A program made the translations under genes and the position numbers. From the NCBI GenBank assembly GCA_951406725.2, contig OX597826.1, positions 38,440,001 to 38,504,000 of the forward strand: DNA of 64,000 bases, given 5' to 3'. Positions 1 to 12,070 of this stretch are shown here, piece by piece. The stretch is from Octopus vulgaris. Taxonomy: Eukaryota. Numbering within the stretch: position 1 is the stretch's first letter; each line of letters begins with the position of its first letter. The notes beneath the pieces were generated by a model. That model saw nothing but the letters and a program-made list of their open reading frames with translations. It ran no database searches and was not told the origin of the DNA.

Positions 1-874
1 AACTAACCATGGCGAGAACTTATTAGTTTAATGGTTAATTCTAGCTACAAAGAGTAAGGGAGATAACCCTTGCCAGAATGAGGCTAAATATGCATATATT
101 ATGTTAATTATTGAATTCTAATTAGCTGACTTGAAAGAAAAAGTATTTAGCTTGCTCTCAAATTACATTCTCCTAATATAAAGGGAAACATGAGATAATT
201 TAATGCAAGGTTCCTTGTGCACTGGAAACTGATGGGATGAATATGGTTGGAATGGCTTCAACCATAGGTTTCTGCAATTAGGGGAGGCTAAGGCTAAATG
301 GCAAAACTAAAGTAAAAAACTGTCATTTACATTGAAGAAACAACTAATAATCTCTATGTGTGTGTGTATACAAGCAGCATCTGCATTATCACTATATATA
401 TAGAGAGAGATTTATTACTGAGAGAATTTACTCAGACAGCAAATCCACAAAAGATAATAATTAAGATAGTGTAGAAATACTCATGCAATGAAGAAAAGTC
501 ATCATTTTATGTGTCTGGGTTACACCATAATTTATGTACTGGAAATATGCTAATTTCTCATTCTCACTATGCATGTACAATATTGTAGACCTACTCAGGG
601 ATTCTTTTATCGTTAATTTAGCAAGTACAGTGAAGTTTATACTTTGCTGAAGAGACTTAACAAAACTGAAACATGCCTGGAATTATCTCCTACATTAGCA
701 AAGTTTATTAAAGTAATACAAATTATTGATTAATATTGTCATTTCCTCGTCATGCAATTATTTCTTATTTCATTGGTTATGTTAACACTAAAACTAATTG
801 AAGTCATTTAAGGTTGACATCCACTTCTTTTAGATATATTTTCTCTCAAAGACAGCAGAAGAATGGAATCTTAC

Positions 875-1000
875 CTTGTTAGATTGAGGACGTTTGGGAC
901 TCGTAGATCTCCTGATAGCTTTCAGCTGTTCGTATTCGGATTTAAAGTAATCCCGTTCTTGCTCCAACAACTGACATATTCGTTCGTAATGAGAAATTGT
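875..1000 (-). CDS. CEP135: CEP135 coding exon 9 (last in window; gene continues beyond left edge)
   Basis: Minus strand tttttag|ACA...AAC AAG|gtaag; 126 nt, phase 0-0, in frame with exon 8; encodes TISHYERICQLLEQERDYFKSEYEQLKAIRRSTSPKRPQSNK, resembling the CEP135 'EEERDYYKKELERL' segment. Confidence 0.8.
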
Positions 1001-1294
1001 CTAAAAATACAAATATACAAACAACTATTGGTATGTGGAAACACAACGGAACTTATACGTACATATACATATCTATATAGAAATACACACGCACACACTA
1101 ACAGATACACATTCATACACACACATACAGATATACACTGCTATATATGAAGTTAAGTTTTTTTCTTTTCATTGTCGCGACTAAATTCCTGTATTTGTTC
1201 TGCACAAAAGAAATTCTCAGTTTTAAATAAAAACATTAACCACAACACATTTTGAATGCTTTTCTCTCATCTGGACCTTACAAAATCTACTTAA

Positions 1295-1502
1295 CCCTTT
1301 TGTTGCTGTATTTCTTTGTTTTTCTCAATTACATTAAATATAACAAAGAATTTAGTAAAATAACTTAGTTATCATTCAGCTAGTGTTAGGAACATAAATT
1401 GTGACTAAGGTTTAGTGGAAGATTTTAATTCAAAACTTTAAAAAGTAAGACATTTGTACTACAGAGCCAGAGCCAGTTTTAGCCGGGTTGGTAACAAAAG
1501 GG
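1295..1502. mobile_element. piggyBac-type MITE
   Basis: TTAA at 1291-1294 and 1503-1506; terminal inverted repeats CCCTTTTGTTGC / GTAACAAAAGGG; no coding capacity. A decayed relative appears at ~41690-41925. Confidence 0.8.
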
Positions 1503-2149
1503 TTAAACATAAAGTAACACTCACATACATACACACACACACAATCATCATCATCGTCATCCTCCCATTCAGCATCTTCCTATCAAACCTCGTTGCTTCT
1601 TCCCAAAACATTTCTAGTCTTCCCCTTCCACACATTCATTCCATCTTTATCATTTTATACTTTCCCATCCAATTACTTTCCTCCATACACATCACCAACT
1701 CAAATCTTATACTCACACTACACCTCACTCCTCCTGTAGCCAGTCATTCCACACCCAACAGAGCCTCCACCCTCCTCATTACTTTCCAACCGCCACATAT
1801 CCTCCTCTTTCTCAACACCCACGTCCCTCAACAATCCAATATCATACACTATGCACAAACATCATGAAATCTAACGATCAGTCGGCAAGGAAAGCTTTGT
1901 TTTGTTGTTGTTGTTTTTTAATCCCATTCGACCAGGACCCAGCTGACCTCTGCGCAAAAGGCACTCCAGCCATGACCACTACCTCTTTGTATTTGAGTCT
2001 AAACAGCTCAATGTATCCTTTCTTTTTAAGACATCGGGTGTGAATTGAGGGGCGATTTCAGAAGAGAGAAAGGGTGAAAGAAACAAATAAAAAAAATGAA
2101 AGCCTGAGCGAAAAAATGCAAAGACGAAATTTCTAATTGAAGTTTAATT

Positions 2150-2380
2150 AGAAACAAAGTTCAAATTTTGAATGAAGTTTGACATTTGAAGGAAAGCAAG
2201 CGAAAGTAAACAAAGGGAGATGACTCTCATTTATGAAGTTAGGCGTGCGTGTGTGGATAGAGGGCGTTGTACAGATTACAAATAATATGGCGGGTAAACG
2301 TGAAAACGGACATTTCGATCATTGTCTGTTAATTATTAATTAATTATGAATGTTTGTTGGCTGCCGACACAAGTGAGTAA
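2150..2380 (+). promoter_or_regulatory. Putative RAD54L promoter and 5' UTR
   Basis: Locally CpG-retaining, non-repetitive; ATGGCGGGTAAA at 2287-2298 (YY1/E2F-like), several TTTGAA/TTCAAA (CHR-like) at 2160-2190; candidate donor AA|GTGAGT at 2373. Confidence 0.45.
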
Positions 2381-2551
2381 ATTTTCTCATATCAAACAAC
2401 AAACTTTGTAAAAAAGAACATTTTCATTGTCGTCAACCATGTTTATTTTGAATATTCCCGATTGTTAGACAAGTATTTACTGTCACATATATATATATAT
2501 ACACACACATACAACATTGTATTGGTGATAATCTAGTCGGAGTGGTACAGG

Positions 2552-4768
2552 ATGCGGCGAAGTTTAGCCCCGAGTAAAGTATCAACCTGTAAAAGGAAAT
2601 TCGATGATACTAACCATTTCACTCAGTTTAAAAAATGCCGACCTCTGGAAACTTCATCACCAGCATCACAACGTCCGGCTTTAACAACCCTTGACAACAA
2701 TAAATTCATATACACTACACCTAATCATTCTGAACATGAGGCCTTTATCCGCAAAATCTTATCGAAGCCTTTCCGAATACCAATTCTAAATTATAAAGGC
2801 GCGACACTTTCCAGTAAAGCATTGGGAGTTCGTAGGCAAGGAACTCGAAATGCCCTGCACGACCCCGATGAAGAAGGAGCCTTGATTTTGTATTCTCCAC
2901 CGGAACTCTCAGCTCATGAGCTGGTGAAAATGAACTCTGAAAAGTTGCCTGTCCATGTAGTTGTTGACCCTTTGTTGTCCAAAGTGTTACGTCCTCATCA
3001 ACGAGAAGGGGTTAAATTTATGTATGACTGTGTAACTGGACAGCAGATAGAAAACAGTTACGGCTGTATAATGGCTGACGAAATGGGGTTAGGGAAAACG
3101 TTACAGTGTATCACATTAATGTGGACACTGCTTCGCCAGAGTCCAGACTGTTGTCCATTGATTAACAAAGCTGCCATTGTATCTCCCAGCAGTTTGGTCA
3201 AGAATTGGGCCAACGAAATCAATAAATGGTTGCCAGGAAAGATAAACCCGTTAGTGGTGGATTCGGGCAGTAAGAGTGAAATTGACCGCAATTTAAATCA
3301 TTTCATGAGATCACAGGGTCACCGAATCACAAACAACGTGTTAATTATTTCCTATGAGACATTCCGACTTCATGCAGAAGTACTTCACCGGGGTAGTGTA
3401 GGTCTGGTCATCTGTGACGAAGGACATCGTCTCAAAAACTCAGAGAACCAAACCTACCAAGCATTAGACAAACTTAATGTTCAGAAAAGACTGTTATTGT
3501 CTGGTACACCAATCCAGAACGATCTTTTGGAGTATTTCAGTTTAGTTCACTTTGTCAACAAAGGAGTTTTGGGAACTGCTAAAGAATTCAAGAAGAATTT
3601 TGAGAATCCTATTCTTCGAGGAAGGGATGCTGATGCTTCTGATGCTCAGCACCAAAAAGGTCAAGAAAAACTAAAAGAATTATTAGAAACAGTCAACAGA
3701 TGTATTATTCGTCGTACACAAGAGCTACTAACAAAATATCTCCCTGTGAAAATTGAACAGGTTATCTGCTGTAATATGACGCCAATCCAAACTGAATTGT
3801 ACAAACGGTTTGTGAAATCTAAAGCCGCTCAAGCTTTAATTGAAAACCGAGATGGCAAAATGACAGCAAGTTCACTTGCAGCCATCACATCTTTGAAGAA
3901 ACTGTGTAACCACCCTGATTTAATTTATGACAAATGCAGTCAACGGGTCGATGGCTTTGAAGACTGTCTTGAGGTGTTTCCTAGCAATTATAATCCAAAA
4001 ATTTTGTTGCCAGAATTATCTGGTAAATTCCTTTTGTTAGATTATCTGCTGGCTGTGATAAAAGCCAACTCCAATGATAAAGTAGTGTTGGTTTCTAATT
4101 ACACAAATACTTTAGACTTGTTTGAAAATTTATGTAAACAGAGAAAATATACCTGGGTCAGACTTGATGGAACAATGTCGGTGAAAAAACGAGCAAAAAT
4201 TGTTGAAAAATTCAATGATCCACTGAGTACAGAATTTATTTTCATGCTCAGTAGCAAAGCTGGTGGGTGTGGCCTTAATCTCATTGGCGCTAATCGTTTA
4301 GTGATGTTTGATCCTGATTGGAATCCAGCCAACGACGATCAAGCTATGGCCAGATGTTGGCGTGATGGACAAAAGAAGCAATGTTACATTTACAGACTTG
4401 TTGCCACTGGCTCTATTGAAGAAATGATCTTCCAGCGCCAAGCACACAAAAAGGCATTAAGTAGTTGTGTGGTCGATAATGAAGATGTAGAGAGGCATTT
4501 TAGCCGGGAAGATTTAAGAAATTTGTTTCAACTGAATGAAAATACTAAGAGTGACACACATGATAAATTCAAATGCCGTCGATGTGTTAACAATATTCAA
4601 GTGAAAAGTCCACCTGAAGACTCTAATTGTAATTCAGATCTTTCACAATGGCATCATGGCATTGACAAAAAAGGAATTGTAGACACTATGCTAAAAATGG
4701 CTTGGCACCCAACTGTTAGTTTTATATTCTATCACAGGTCTCATGAGGAACAAAGAAAAACTGTCTAA
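2552..4768 (+). CDS. RAD54L: DNA repair and recombination protein RAD54-like (SNF2-family ATPase), single-exon ORF, 738 aa
   Basis: N-terminus MRRSLAPS and LGVRR..ALHDP typical of RAD54L rather than RAD54B; helicase motifs [49 protein letters not shown]; C-terminal HDKFKCRRC...WHH; uninterrupted from ATG to TAA. Confidence 0.97.
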   Translation: MRRSLAPSKVSTCKRKFDDTNHFTQFKKCRPLETSSPASQRPALTTLDNNKFIYTTPNHSEHEAFIRKILSKPFRIPILNYKGATLSSKALGVRRQGTRNALHDPDEEGALILYSPPELSAHELVKMNSEKLPVHVVVDPLLSKVLRPHQREGVKFMYDCVTGQQIENSYGCIMADEMGLGKTLQCITLMWTLLRQSPDCCPLINKAAIVSPSSLVKNWANEINKWLPGKINPLVVDSGSKSEIDRNLNHFMRSQGHRITNNVLIISYETFRLHAEVLHRGSVGLVICDEGHRLKNSENQTYQALDKLNVQKRLLLSGTPIQNDLLEYFSLVHFVNKGVLGTAKEFKKNFENPILRGRDADASDAQHQKGQEKLKELLETVNRCIIRRTQELLTKYLPVKIEQVICCNMTPIQTELYKRFVKSKAAQALIENRDGKMTASSLAAITSLKKLCNHPDLIYDKCSQRVDGFEDCLEVFPSNYNPKILLPELSGKFLLLDYLLAVIKANSNDKVVLVSNYTNTLDLFENLCKQRKYTWVRLDGTMSVKKRAKIVEKFNDPLSTEFIFMLSSKAGGCGLNLIGANRLVMFDPDWNPANDDQAMARCWRDGQKKQCYIYRLVATGSIEEMIFQRQAHKKALSSCVVDNEDVERHFSREDLRNLFQLNENTKSDTHDKFKCRRCVNNIQVKSPPEDSNCNSDLSQWHHGIDKKGIVDTMLKMAWHPTVSFIFYHRSHEEQRKTV

Positions 4769-4807
4769 ATACTAAACTACTTCCACTCGTTTTTTTTTCT
4801 TGCCAAA

Positions 4808-4813
4808 AATAAA
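4808..4813 (+). terminator. Putative RAD54L polyadenylation signal
   Basis: AATAAA 40 nt after the stop, followed by GT/T-rich downstream sequence (gtgttcatttttgttgttg). Confidence 0.55.
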
Positions 4814-5347
4814 CATTTATTTATTCAATGGTGTTCATTTTTGTTGTTGCAAAACTTGAAAATATATTTTTTTAAATTTTGTTTGTTTCAACTTAATTAA
4901 ATGTAAAGCCTGCAACCAAACCTCTGTAAAACAGAATTTTAGACAACCAGAATCTCAAATTTGCCAGCATTCTTCTGAAGAGATTTTCCAAAATAGAATT
5001 CAACAGTCAGTCACAGCTAAAATCCTGAAAGGCTTCTCAGAAATAGTAAAAGATGTTATTACATAAACAAAATAAATGTTTTTTTCCTTTCTTTTTCCCA
5101 AATTGTATCAAATGCTGAGTTCTTTCCACATTAAAAATAACAAAAATATCAAAACTTTGTAATACTTTCTCTTATTAGGAAATCATTTAAAAATTTCTGT
5201 AATCTTAACAATTTTTATTTAATGTCTGAAAGATATAAAATATGAATTTGGTCCAAATTATTTTGGATCTTTTGCCATGACTCAGACATTCTTATTTACA
5301 TTCCTAAACAATTCTGAGCATAAGCTTAAACAATACAGTCAACTCAC

Positions 5348-5610
5348 CTTCTTGTCAAGTTTATCAGGAAGAGATATCATTTCTTTATTAGGACTTGCTG
5401 ATCTGGATCTAGGAAGTCTAGTCTTTCGATTGCTGCTTCCACTCGGATCACTTTGTATCGTCTTTTGTAGACTGGTAGCTTGGTCACGGTAATAGTTTCT
5501 GTCTTCTTCAAGAGTTTTAATCAAACTTTCGACTCGAGCTGGAACTTTACCTTTTTTGGTTATGGTACCTCTGTGTTTTAGCTGCTCATTCTCTAAAATC
5601 AGTTCTTTCT
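5348..5610 (-). CDS. CEP135: CEP135 coding exon 8
   Basis: atcag|AG AAA GAA...AAG AAG|gtgagt; 263 nt, phase 1-0; EKELILENEQLK...PARVESLIKTLEEDRNYYRDQ matches the CEP135 'PSRLDTFLKGIEEERDYYK' region. Confidence 0.9.
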
Positions 5611-7214
5611 CTGATATCAGAAAATTGTAAAAAAATAAAATGTACTCTTTTAAAGAATGGTGGAACTTGAAGCAAATAAAGCTATAAATAACAACCAAAA
5701 ACATTTTTAAAAGAAGTCCCACAAGCAACCTTTAACTTCTATCCAAAATGTCTTAACTCAATGTAGATTTACTTGGAGCTTTATTTCCTTTGAAATTCAC
5801 TCTTCCTATAAAGAATTATTTCACATTCTTAAAGTTCTTAAATCCTTATGACATCAACAACAGAATGTAAATACTTTCACAAAAAAGAAAATTTCAGCAT
5901 TGCAAGAAAAAAACCCATTTTTGGGGGGTTTTTTTCTTCACATATTTGTATTTTAGACAAACAGATGACACAGACTCTGTATATAAAAATGTTTTGAGAA
6001 ACATTGAAATTAAAGTCGATATGTTTTAATAATAACATTCATTAACAGTTTTCTTAATAGAGTGTTGCACTCACAAATTGCATGACCATGGTTTGATTTC
6101 CCAGATCAGGTGGTGCATTGAGATCTTGAGCAAAACTCTTCATTCCACATTTGATATACGATCCTTTCGACACCTGACTTCTGTCATACAGTACACTTGT
6201 ACAGGTAAGGTCAATTTGATGGAGAGAGACAGCTAAGGTGCAACACAGATATTTGATCAAAAATGATTTGTGCTGGTTGTCCATCAACAAGTTGTGGAAT
6301 AACCTTTCTCAGATTCAAGAAATTAATTATTAAGAGCTCAATTTTATATTGATTGTAACAATTTAATGCTGAAGGAGATATTTACAAGAATAATGGTAAA
6401 CTTTTCTTGTATGGTTGTACAATATTTCCTGTGAATCATTTCACTGTCTTGGATCTGCTTCTTCTCAGTTCATAACTTGCCATCACAGAATCTTTACTAT
6501 ACATAAAATATATTAGACGTTGTTGTTGTTTAACCCTAGGTCGGCCATGGCCAAGCAGATCCATGATCACAGGAATTGAGCAACTTGGTCAACAGTTTGA
6601 GCTGACATTTCCAAATCATCCAGGCAGAAGATAAGACTGTAAAAAAAGATAGGGGGACAAGAAGCATTCTTAGGGAGAATGGTCCATTGGATGTACCAAT
6701 TTAGAATGAAAGGTTGAGTCCAAGTCAGCCACTGGACAGTGATAGCATCAGTTAGTATGAACTTGAGATATGACTGTGATGGTGATATAAAAAATAGTAC
6801 ATTCTGTAAAGTGGTTGGCATTTGGAAGGGTATCCAGCCATGGATACCCTTCGATAACAGACGGCTGGAGCCTTGTCAGCATCTGTCAAACCATCCAAAC
6901 CAGCATGGAAAATGGATGTTGATGATGACGATATATTATCAGTGGCAGAAGAGGTATGTTGGACCTCATATTTATTGTGACAATGTGATGAATTGGATAC
7001 CCAAGCTATTAGGAGAGAAAAGAAAAAAAGCTTCTATCCCCAGGGGTTTAAAATGAGAAAGCAACAAAGAAGATAATTCCAATCAATAGATCAAAATTTT
7101 TGGACAATGTATATATATAGCAAACTTGTGAAAGCAATGGACATGTTTCAATATCATTAAACCTCTTTAGTGTCCTATTCACCTCAGTTGATAAAACTAA
7201 GAGATCTGTGAGTG

Positions 7215-7247
<33 letters not shown>

Positions 7248-7507
7248 TACATGTGAGAGTATATATACAAATTTAGTGATACTCATTATGAATATGAGTG
7301 AACAATTAATCTACCATTGCGAGGACAACTTATCTTGTTGATACTCAACTGAAATTAATTTCCTCTTTAGCAAAAAAAAAACAAAAACAGAAGTTGATGT
7401 TTCATTAATAATTTTTAAATCAAATTAACGATTTCAGCTCATACCATCATTGAAAGAAGACATAAGTTGCTGTTGTTGCTGCTGATGATGATGATTTCTT
7501 AACTTAC

Positions 7508-7658
7508 CGTTGGCCGTTAGTTTATTCACTTTATGTATCATGCGACGTTTTTCTTCTTGAACTTTGTCCAGCAACATCTCCAGTTTCTTAAGGCTAGTTG
7601 TTTTATTGCTGTTCTGAGTCTCTGCATCTTCCAATTCTGTTTGTAGCTGTTCATTCTC
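7508..7658 (-). CDS. CEP135: CEP135 coding exon 7
   Basis: ttgtag|GAG AAT...AAC G|gtaagt; 151 nt, phase 0-1; coiled-coil ENEQLQTELEDAE...LEMLLDKVQEEKRRMIHKVNKLTAN. Confidence 0.88.
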
Positions 7659-8439
7659 CTACAATTTAAAATTATCAAAATATTTAAAATCTCCTACACC
7701 AAGGGCCCAGTGTGTTTAGCTCTAGTTTCATGGCATAAAACAAAGATAAATCCCCTGGATATGACACCAGTCTACCACAGGTAATTTCCCCAGGTGAGCT
7801 GGTACATATTTCTACAGACAGTGAGGAGAACTGTGCCAATGTGGAATAAAGAATTCTATCCAGGCATGACAAGTGTCATTATGAAGTTTGCTTTGCAGCT
7901 ATAGTTTCATGTTCAATTCCTCTGTACAGCACAACACCTTAGGCAAGTGAGTTCTCGCAGGGCTTTGAAAGTGTAATGTGGAAAGCAGAAACTGAAGAAT
8001 CTCATCAGAGGGTCCGTTCTTGTATTTGGGTGGAAAATGTAATCCATTAGCCACTTTGAACTATTTCTTCAACCCCAGCATGGCCGCAGCCTTCGGGCTG
8101 AAACATTTTTAAGGATTTAACTCATATATTTTGATGAGAAAAGAGGAGTTCCAACAGCATACCTTTATCAATCCTACATGAAGGGCCGCTGGCAAGCTGC
8201 ACGTTTGTCAGGTTCTCAATGATACTTACCATTCAGCTAGATGTTTCAGATGGCTATCAATCACATCGGTCTCACAAACCGCAGATCTTGACCACAACAA
8301 AGGCCACAGAAGAATCTGCCCTCATTTTTTCTAACAACAACCTTGGTTTTGAATTTATTTTTTCAAGTTTTGCCAATCATAAAACAAAATGTAAAATTTA
8401 TATTTTTTATAAACAAGAAACCTCTAATAAACTACTTAC

Positions 8440-8505
8440 AGACTTCAGCTGTGATATACAACGATCTAAATCTTCAAGTTGTTGCCGTGATTTAAGTAAT
8501 TCTTT
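8440..8505 (-). CDS. CEP135: CEP135 coding exon 6
   Basis: ttccag|AAA GAA...AAG TCT|gtaagt; 66 nt, phase 0-0; KELLKSRQQLEDLDRCISQLKS corresponds to CEP135 'KEIKRKLSEMQDLEETMAKLQL'. Confidence 0.88.
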
Positions 8506-10134
8506 CTGGAACCAAACCAAAACCAAAATTATAGAGTCGTATTTCTTAACATGGCTGATAATAATTAGATATTTAGCATAGATTATCATTTTAATCTGAT
8601 ATTAGTAATTATCTTCTCCGACTCTTACATACCCACCACCACTGCCCTATACAAGTAATTACAATCAGTGTAAATACTGATTGTTTTGAATATTAAATAA
8701 TAATCATAAAAATAATGAACTTATTGCACACAGTGATCAGGTGCTGCACCACAACTCATCAGGAAACATAACCGTGAAAAAGTCTAAAGAAAAAAGAAAT
8801 GGGGTGGTGGGTCAGGTGTGCTGTTGGTGAATTGGAATTTGATGCTGAAAGTATTATCAAATGAAAGACTGTATGGCTATGTGTATCATGATATATTATT
8901 CAAAGAAATGTCTGTTCCTAGCAAAAGGAATTGCCAAGAAATGATAACTCTTTGTTATTTTTCATTAATAGAAAGAAAAGAGATCTAAAAAGATGGAAAT
9001 ATTTCTATGTATTTATCTTTATTGGAGTTTCCTTTGAAATAGTTTGCCAGTAGCCGCCTCCTCTCTTCTTTCTACACATCAATGATATAAAAAGAATGAA
9101 GCTGTTCACATTCTTAACCTAGAAAGAGGTTTCTGATTCAGGCTATATTGTACATAAATAGTTACTGTTCAATTAATGGTGAACCATCAAAAATACAAAT
9201 TTGCAAATTAAACTATCCACCAAAGTCCTAACCTAATTCAGAACAGCTTTTTATAGCAACTTATCTATGATATTAATTAGGAAAGGAAGCCAAACACATC
9301 TGTGCAGATCACTTAAGAAACCAGGAAACTGTTGGGAGACACCTTCCTCCATTTTTTAATACATAGAAAAAAATGTGTTTATACTCTTATTTAACCCACA
9401 GTGAAGCTTTATGATATTTATATTTATTTCAGTTCTTCTGATTTACACTGTGTTGGTCATGGATAGATAGTTTAGTTTTCTTTCCAGAGACGAAACCATG
9501 CTATAGTGTTATAGTGATCTTTGATTGAAAGTCTTATGACCAAAAGTATCACTCAGTTTCCTTGAGTTCCTCCATACCTTTTCTCACCTTCACTACATTT
9601 GTCAAAATTTTGTATGAGTCTGTGTACACTATCATAAAACCAACCAAACCAAACTAAACTGCACTGGAACGAGTCTATGGAGACTTTCTAGAATATCAGT
9701 TTTGAAATCTCTATGTAGCAAATTTTTGCCACCTGCTTCAGATTCTTGTAAACATACAAAAAAGATTACATTTTCCACCCAAATACAGGTCGCTAATTAT
9801 TGATCTATTTGTATAGAAAAGTTCCCTATTGATTGTTCATCAATTTGTTGCTATTAGTTTGTACATTTGTCTTTTTAAATTCCAAATATATTTACACATA
9901 TACAATATAATTAGCCTCATTTACAATAGAATAATTCATTCTCCTTCAAAAGATACTAACTAAAATGGCAAACCAATTTATTTTACTTCTAAACTCTTTT
10001 ATTACCAAATGTTGATGTGACCATCACTAAAATTTCATTAGATTTTATTATTTACTTAAACCAAAATAAATGTAGGTCCTAAATTATTTCATGCTTCTTT
10101 TTAAAGAGATAAACTGCCACAAGAATCTGCTTAC

Positions 10135-10350
10135 CTTTGCGACATTTATTTCAGAGTCAGCCGCTTTCACTACATATTCTTTATCATTTTGCAACAGTTT
10201 AGCTTTACGATCAATATTTCTCATCTGTAGTTGGAGATCAGCATTCTTCTTATTCAACTTAAACATCTCATCCTGGACATCATCTCTCTTCTCAGTGCTT
10301 TCATGAAGACGATGCTGTAATTCTCGGTTCTGTTCTTGCAAGATATCCAC
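10135..10350 (-). CDS. CEP135: CEP135 coding exon 5
   Basis: tatcag|GTG GAT...GCA AAG|gtaagc; 216 nt, phase 0-0; VDILQEQNRELQHRL...EYVVKAADSEINVAK corresponds to CEP135 'VDFLQQANKDLEKRI...ADKELGEAK'. Confidence 0.92.
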
Positions 10351-10400
10351 CTGATACAACAACATAAAAAAGTACAGTTCTACATTTAAGAAATGAGGAA

Positions 10401-10869
10401 TTATGTACATTGTCCTCATCTTGTTTGTTGTTAACATGTTTCGGCTGATATAACCCGCCAGCCTTCATCAGGTATCTTGAGGGAAATTTCAAACCTGGGT
10501 TCTTATTCCTAAGTTATTTTTCAATGTTATTATTATTATTATTTATTATCATTCAGGTCACAACCTGGAGGCAAACTCAGAATCTTGGAATTAGTAGCCT
10601 GCGCTCTTAACCACTACACCCAAGGGCATATGGTGTAGTGGTTAAGAGCACTGGCTACTAACCCCAAGATTTCAAGTTCAATTCCAGGCAGTGACCTGAA
10701 TAATAATAATAATAACAACAACAACATTGAAATATACCTTGGGAATGAGAACCCAGGTTTGAAATTTCCCCAAGACACCTGATGAAGGCTGGAGGGTATA
10801 TCAGGCGAAACGTGTTAACAACAAACAAGATGAGGACAAATATCCGTCGAATGTAAATAATGAACATAA
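10401..10869. mobile_element. Palindromic element: two head-to-head tRNA-derived units with hammerhead-like 3' motifs
   Basis: Arms 10401-10620 and 10632-10869 are reverse complements around an 11-nt spacer; each has A box TGGTGTAGTGG-like and B box GTTCAATTCC-like motifs, (AAT)n, then CTGATGA-A-GGCTG...CAG(C/G)C-GAAAC. Confidence 0.8.
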
Positions 10870-11859
10870 AAAAGGTTATTGTATTAAGATAAACTTATAT
10901 ATAATCCAATCCTAATTAATCTGATATATTATAAATCTCATAAAGAAAAAACAAGTTGCAGGCGGGAGGTTTATAGCCTTATAATGAAATGAGTTTCAGT
11001 GTTTCACTTTAAACAACCTCAACTATAGAATGAGATTAAAGACGCATTTTGAAAATAATAAAACAATGTTAGGCTAAGAAAATAAATTTATTCATCAATA
11101 TAGAAGTAAAAACATATGTAAATGTGGAATTTCCACTGATTAATAATATTTAATAGTCAAAAGCCAATACACTGCACAGAAAAACAGGCTTATACATGTA
11201 GCATATAGGTTTTTAATAATTAAAATATCATGGAATTCCACTGATTGCTATTGAGTCTTTTATAAGAGTTGGTAACACTGTACATCAAACAAGAATCAAG
11301 AATAACCATATTTATATATTTATTGATTTTCTTTTTTTGGTTTACCTTGAAAAACAATGATCGTCAAAATATTTGACAAAATTAAGTTAGTTTTGCTTAA
11401 ATTTTTCTTTAGTGACGATTAACTTTATTTTTACAGACAAAATATTTTTTTTTGAATTTTCATCTACACAGTGTTTCGACTGGATTGATTTCTGATCATT
11501 ACCAGACATTTTATTCCTGAATACATACAACTGAAGTTGAACTTGGAGCCTTTAATTCTACATTAAGGGTAATGGCGATTCTCTCCACTCAGCCACAATC
11601 AGAGATCAAACTGATTGAAATATAGCCATCAGCAACAGCAGCCGTTCAAGAATTTGGACCTGGAGATCTCCATTTCCAGCGACTTCGAGGGCCACCTCCC
11701 AGTGGTGTCGGGCGTCAACGAAGAGCCCTCGACTACAACAAGACGACCAAAAATTTTTTTCTTTCTTTCCAAGGCCTGGGGTCTCCTGCCCCTAAGCCCT
11801 AGACCATCACCTAATCACCCTTACCCGTCTTATTGCTTAACAACAGCAACAGCATCTTA

Positions 11860-12070
11860 CATACATTTTCCCATGCTTGATGAAGCTGGATAGGTCATCT
11901 CCAACACAGCATCTCACCACTTTTTGCATCCAATGCCAACTCCTTCAAGTCCAGTGTTCTGAAATCGACCTTCACCATTTCTTCCCATGCCTTTTTCAGT
12001 CTTGCTCTTCCATAAATTCCTTCCATTTGGATTACTTGATATTTCTCCATACACATTGCATGGTTCCATA
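11860..12070 (-). mobile_element. Decayed RTE-like LINE 3' end
   Basis: Minus-strand peptide WNHAMCMEK...GIYGRARLKKAWEEMVKVDFRTLDL resembles the 'WYGHV.R...RGRPRK.W...V..DL' C-terminus of RTE ORFs; followed by a SINE-like tail. Confidence 0.55.

Noticed and set aside
641-705. CTGAAGA...GAAAC hammerhead-like word pair
   Set aside because: Helix II does not pair and there is no NUH followed by a helix I partner.
863-1150. 95-aa plus-strand ORF
   Set aside because: Antisense shadow of CEP135 exon 9 running into CA/TA repeats.
8087-8101. CAGCC-TTCG-GGCTG UUCG tetraloop hairpin
   Set aside because: Variant of the SINE family A 3' stem-loop (CAGTC-AAAT-GACTG); not an independent RNA or terminator.
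10632-10700. Possible tRNA gene
   Set aside because: A and B boxes are present but there is no convincing acceptor stem, and it continues into a repeat body; treated as a SINE-type head.
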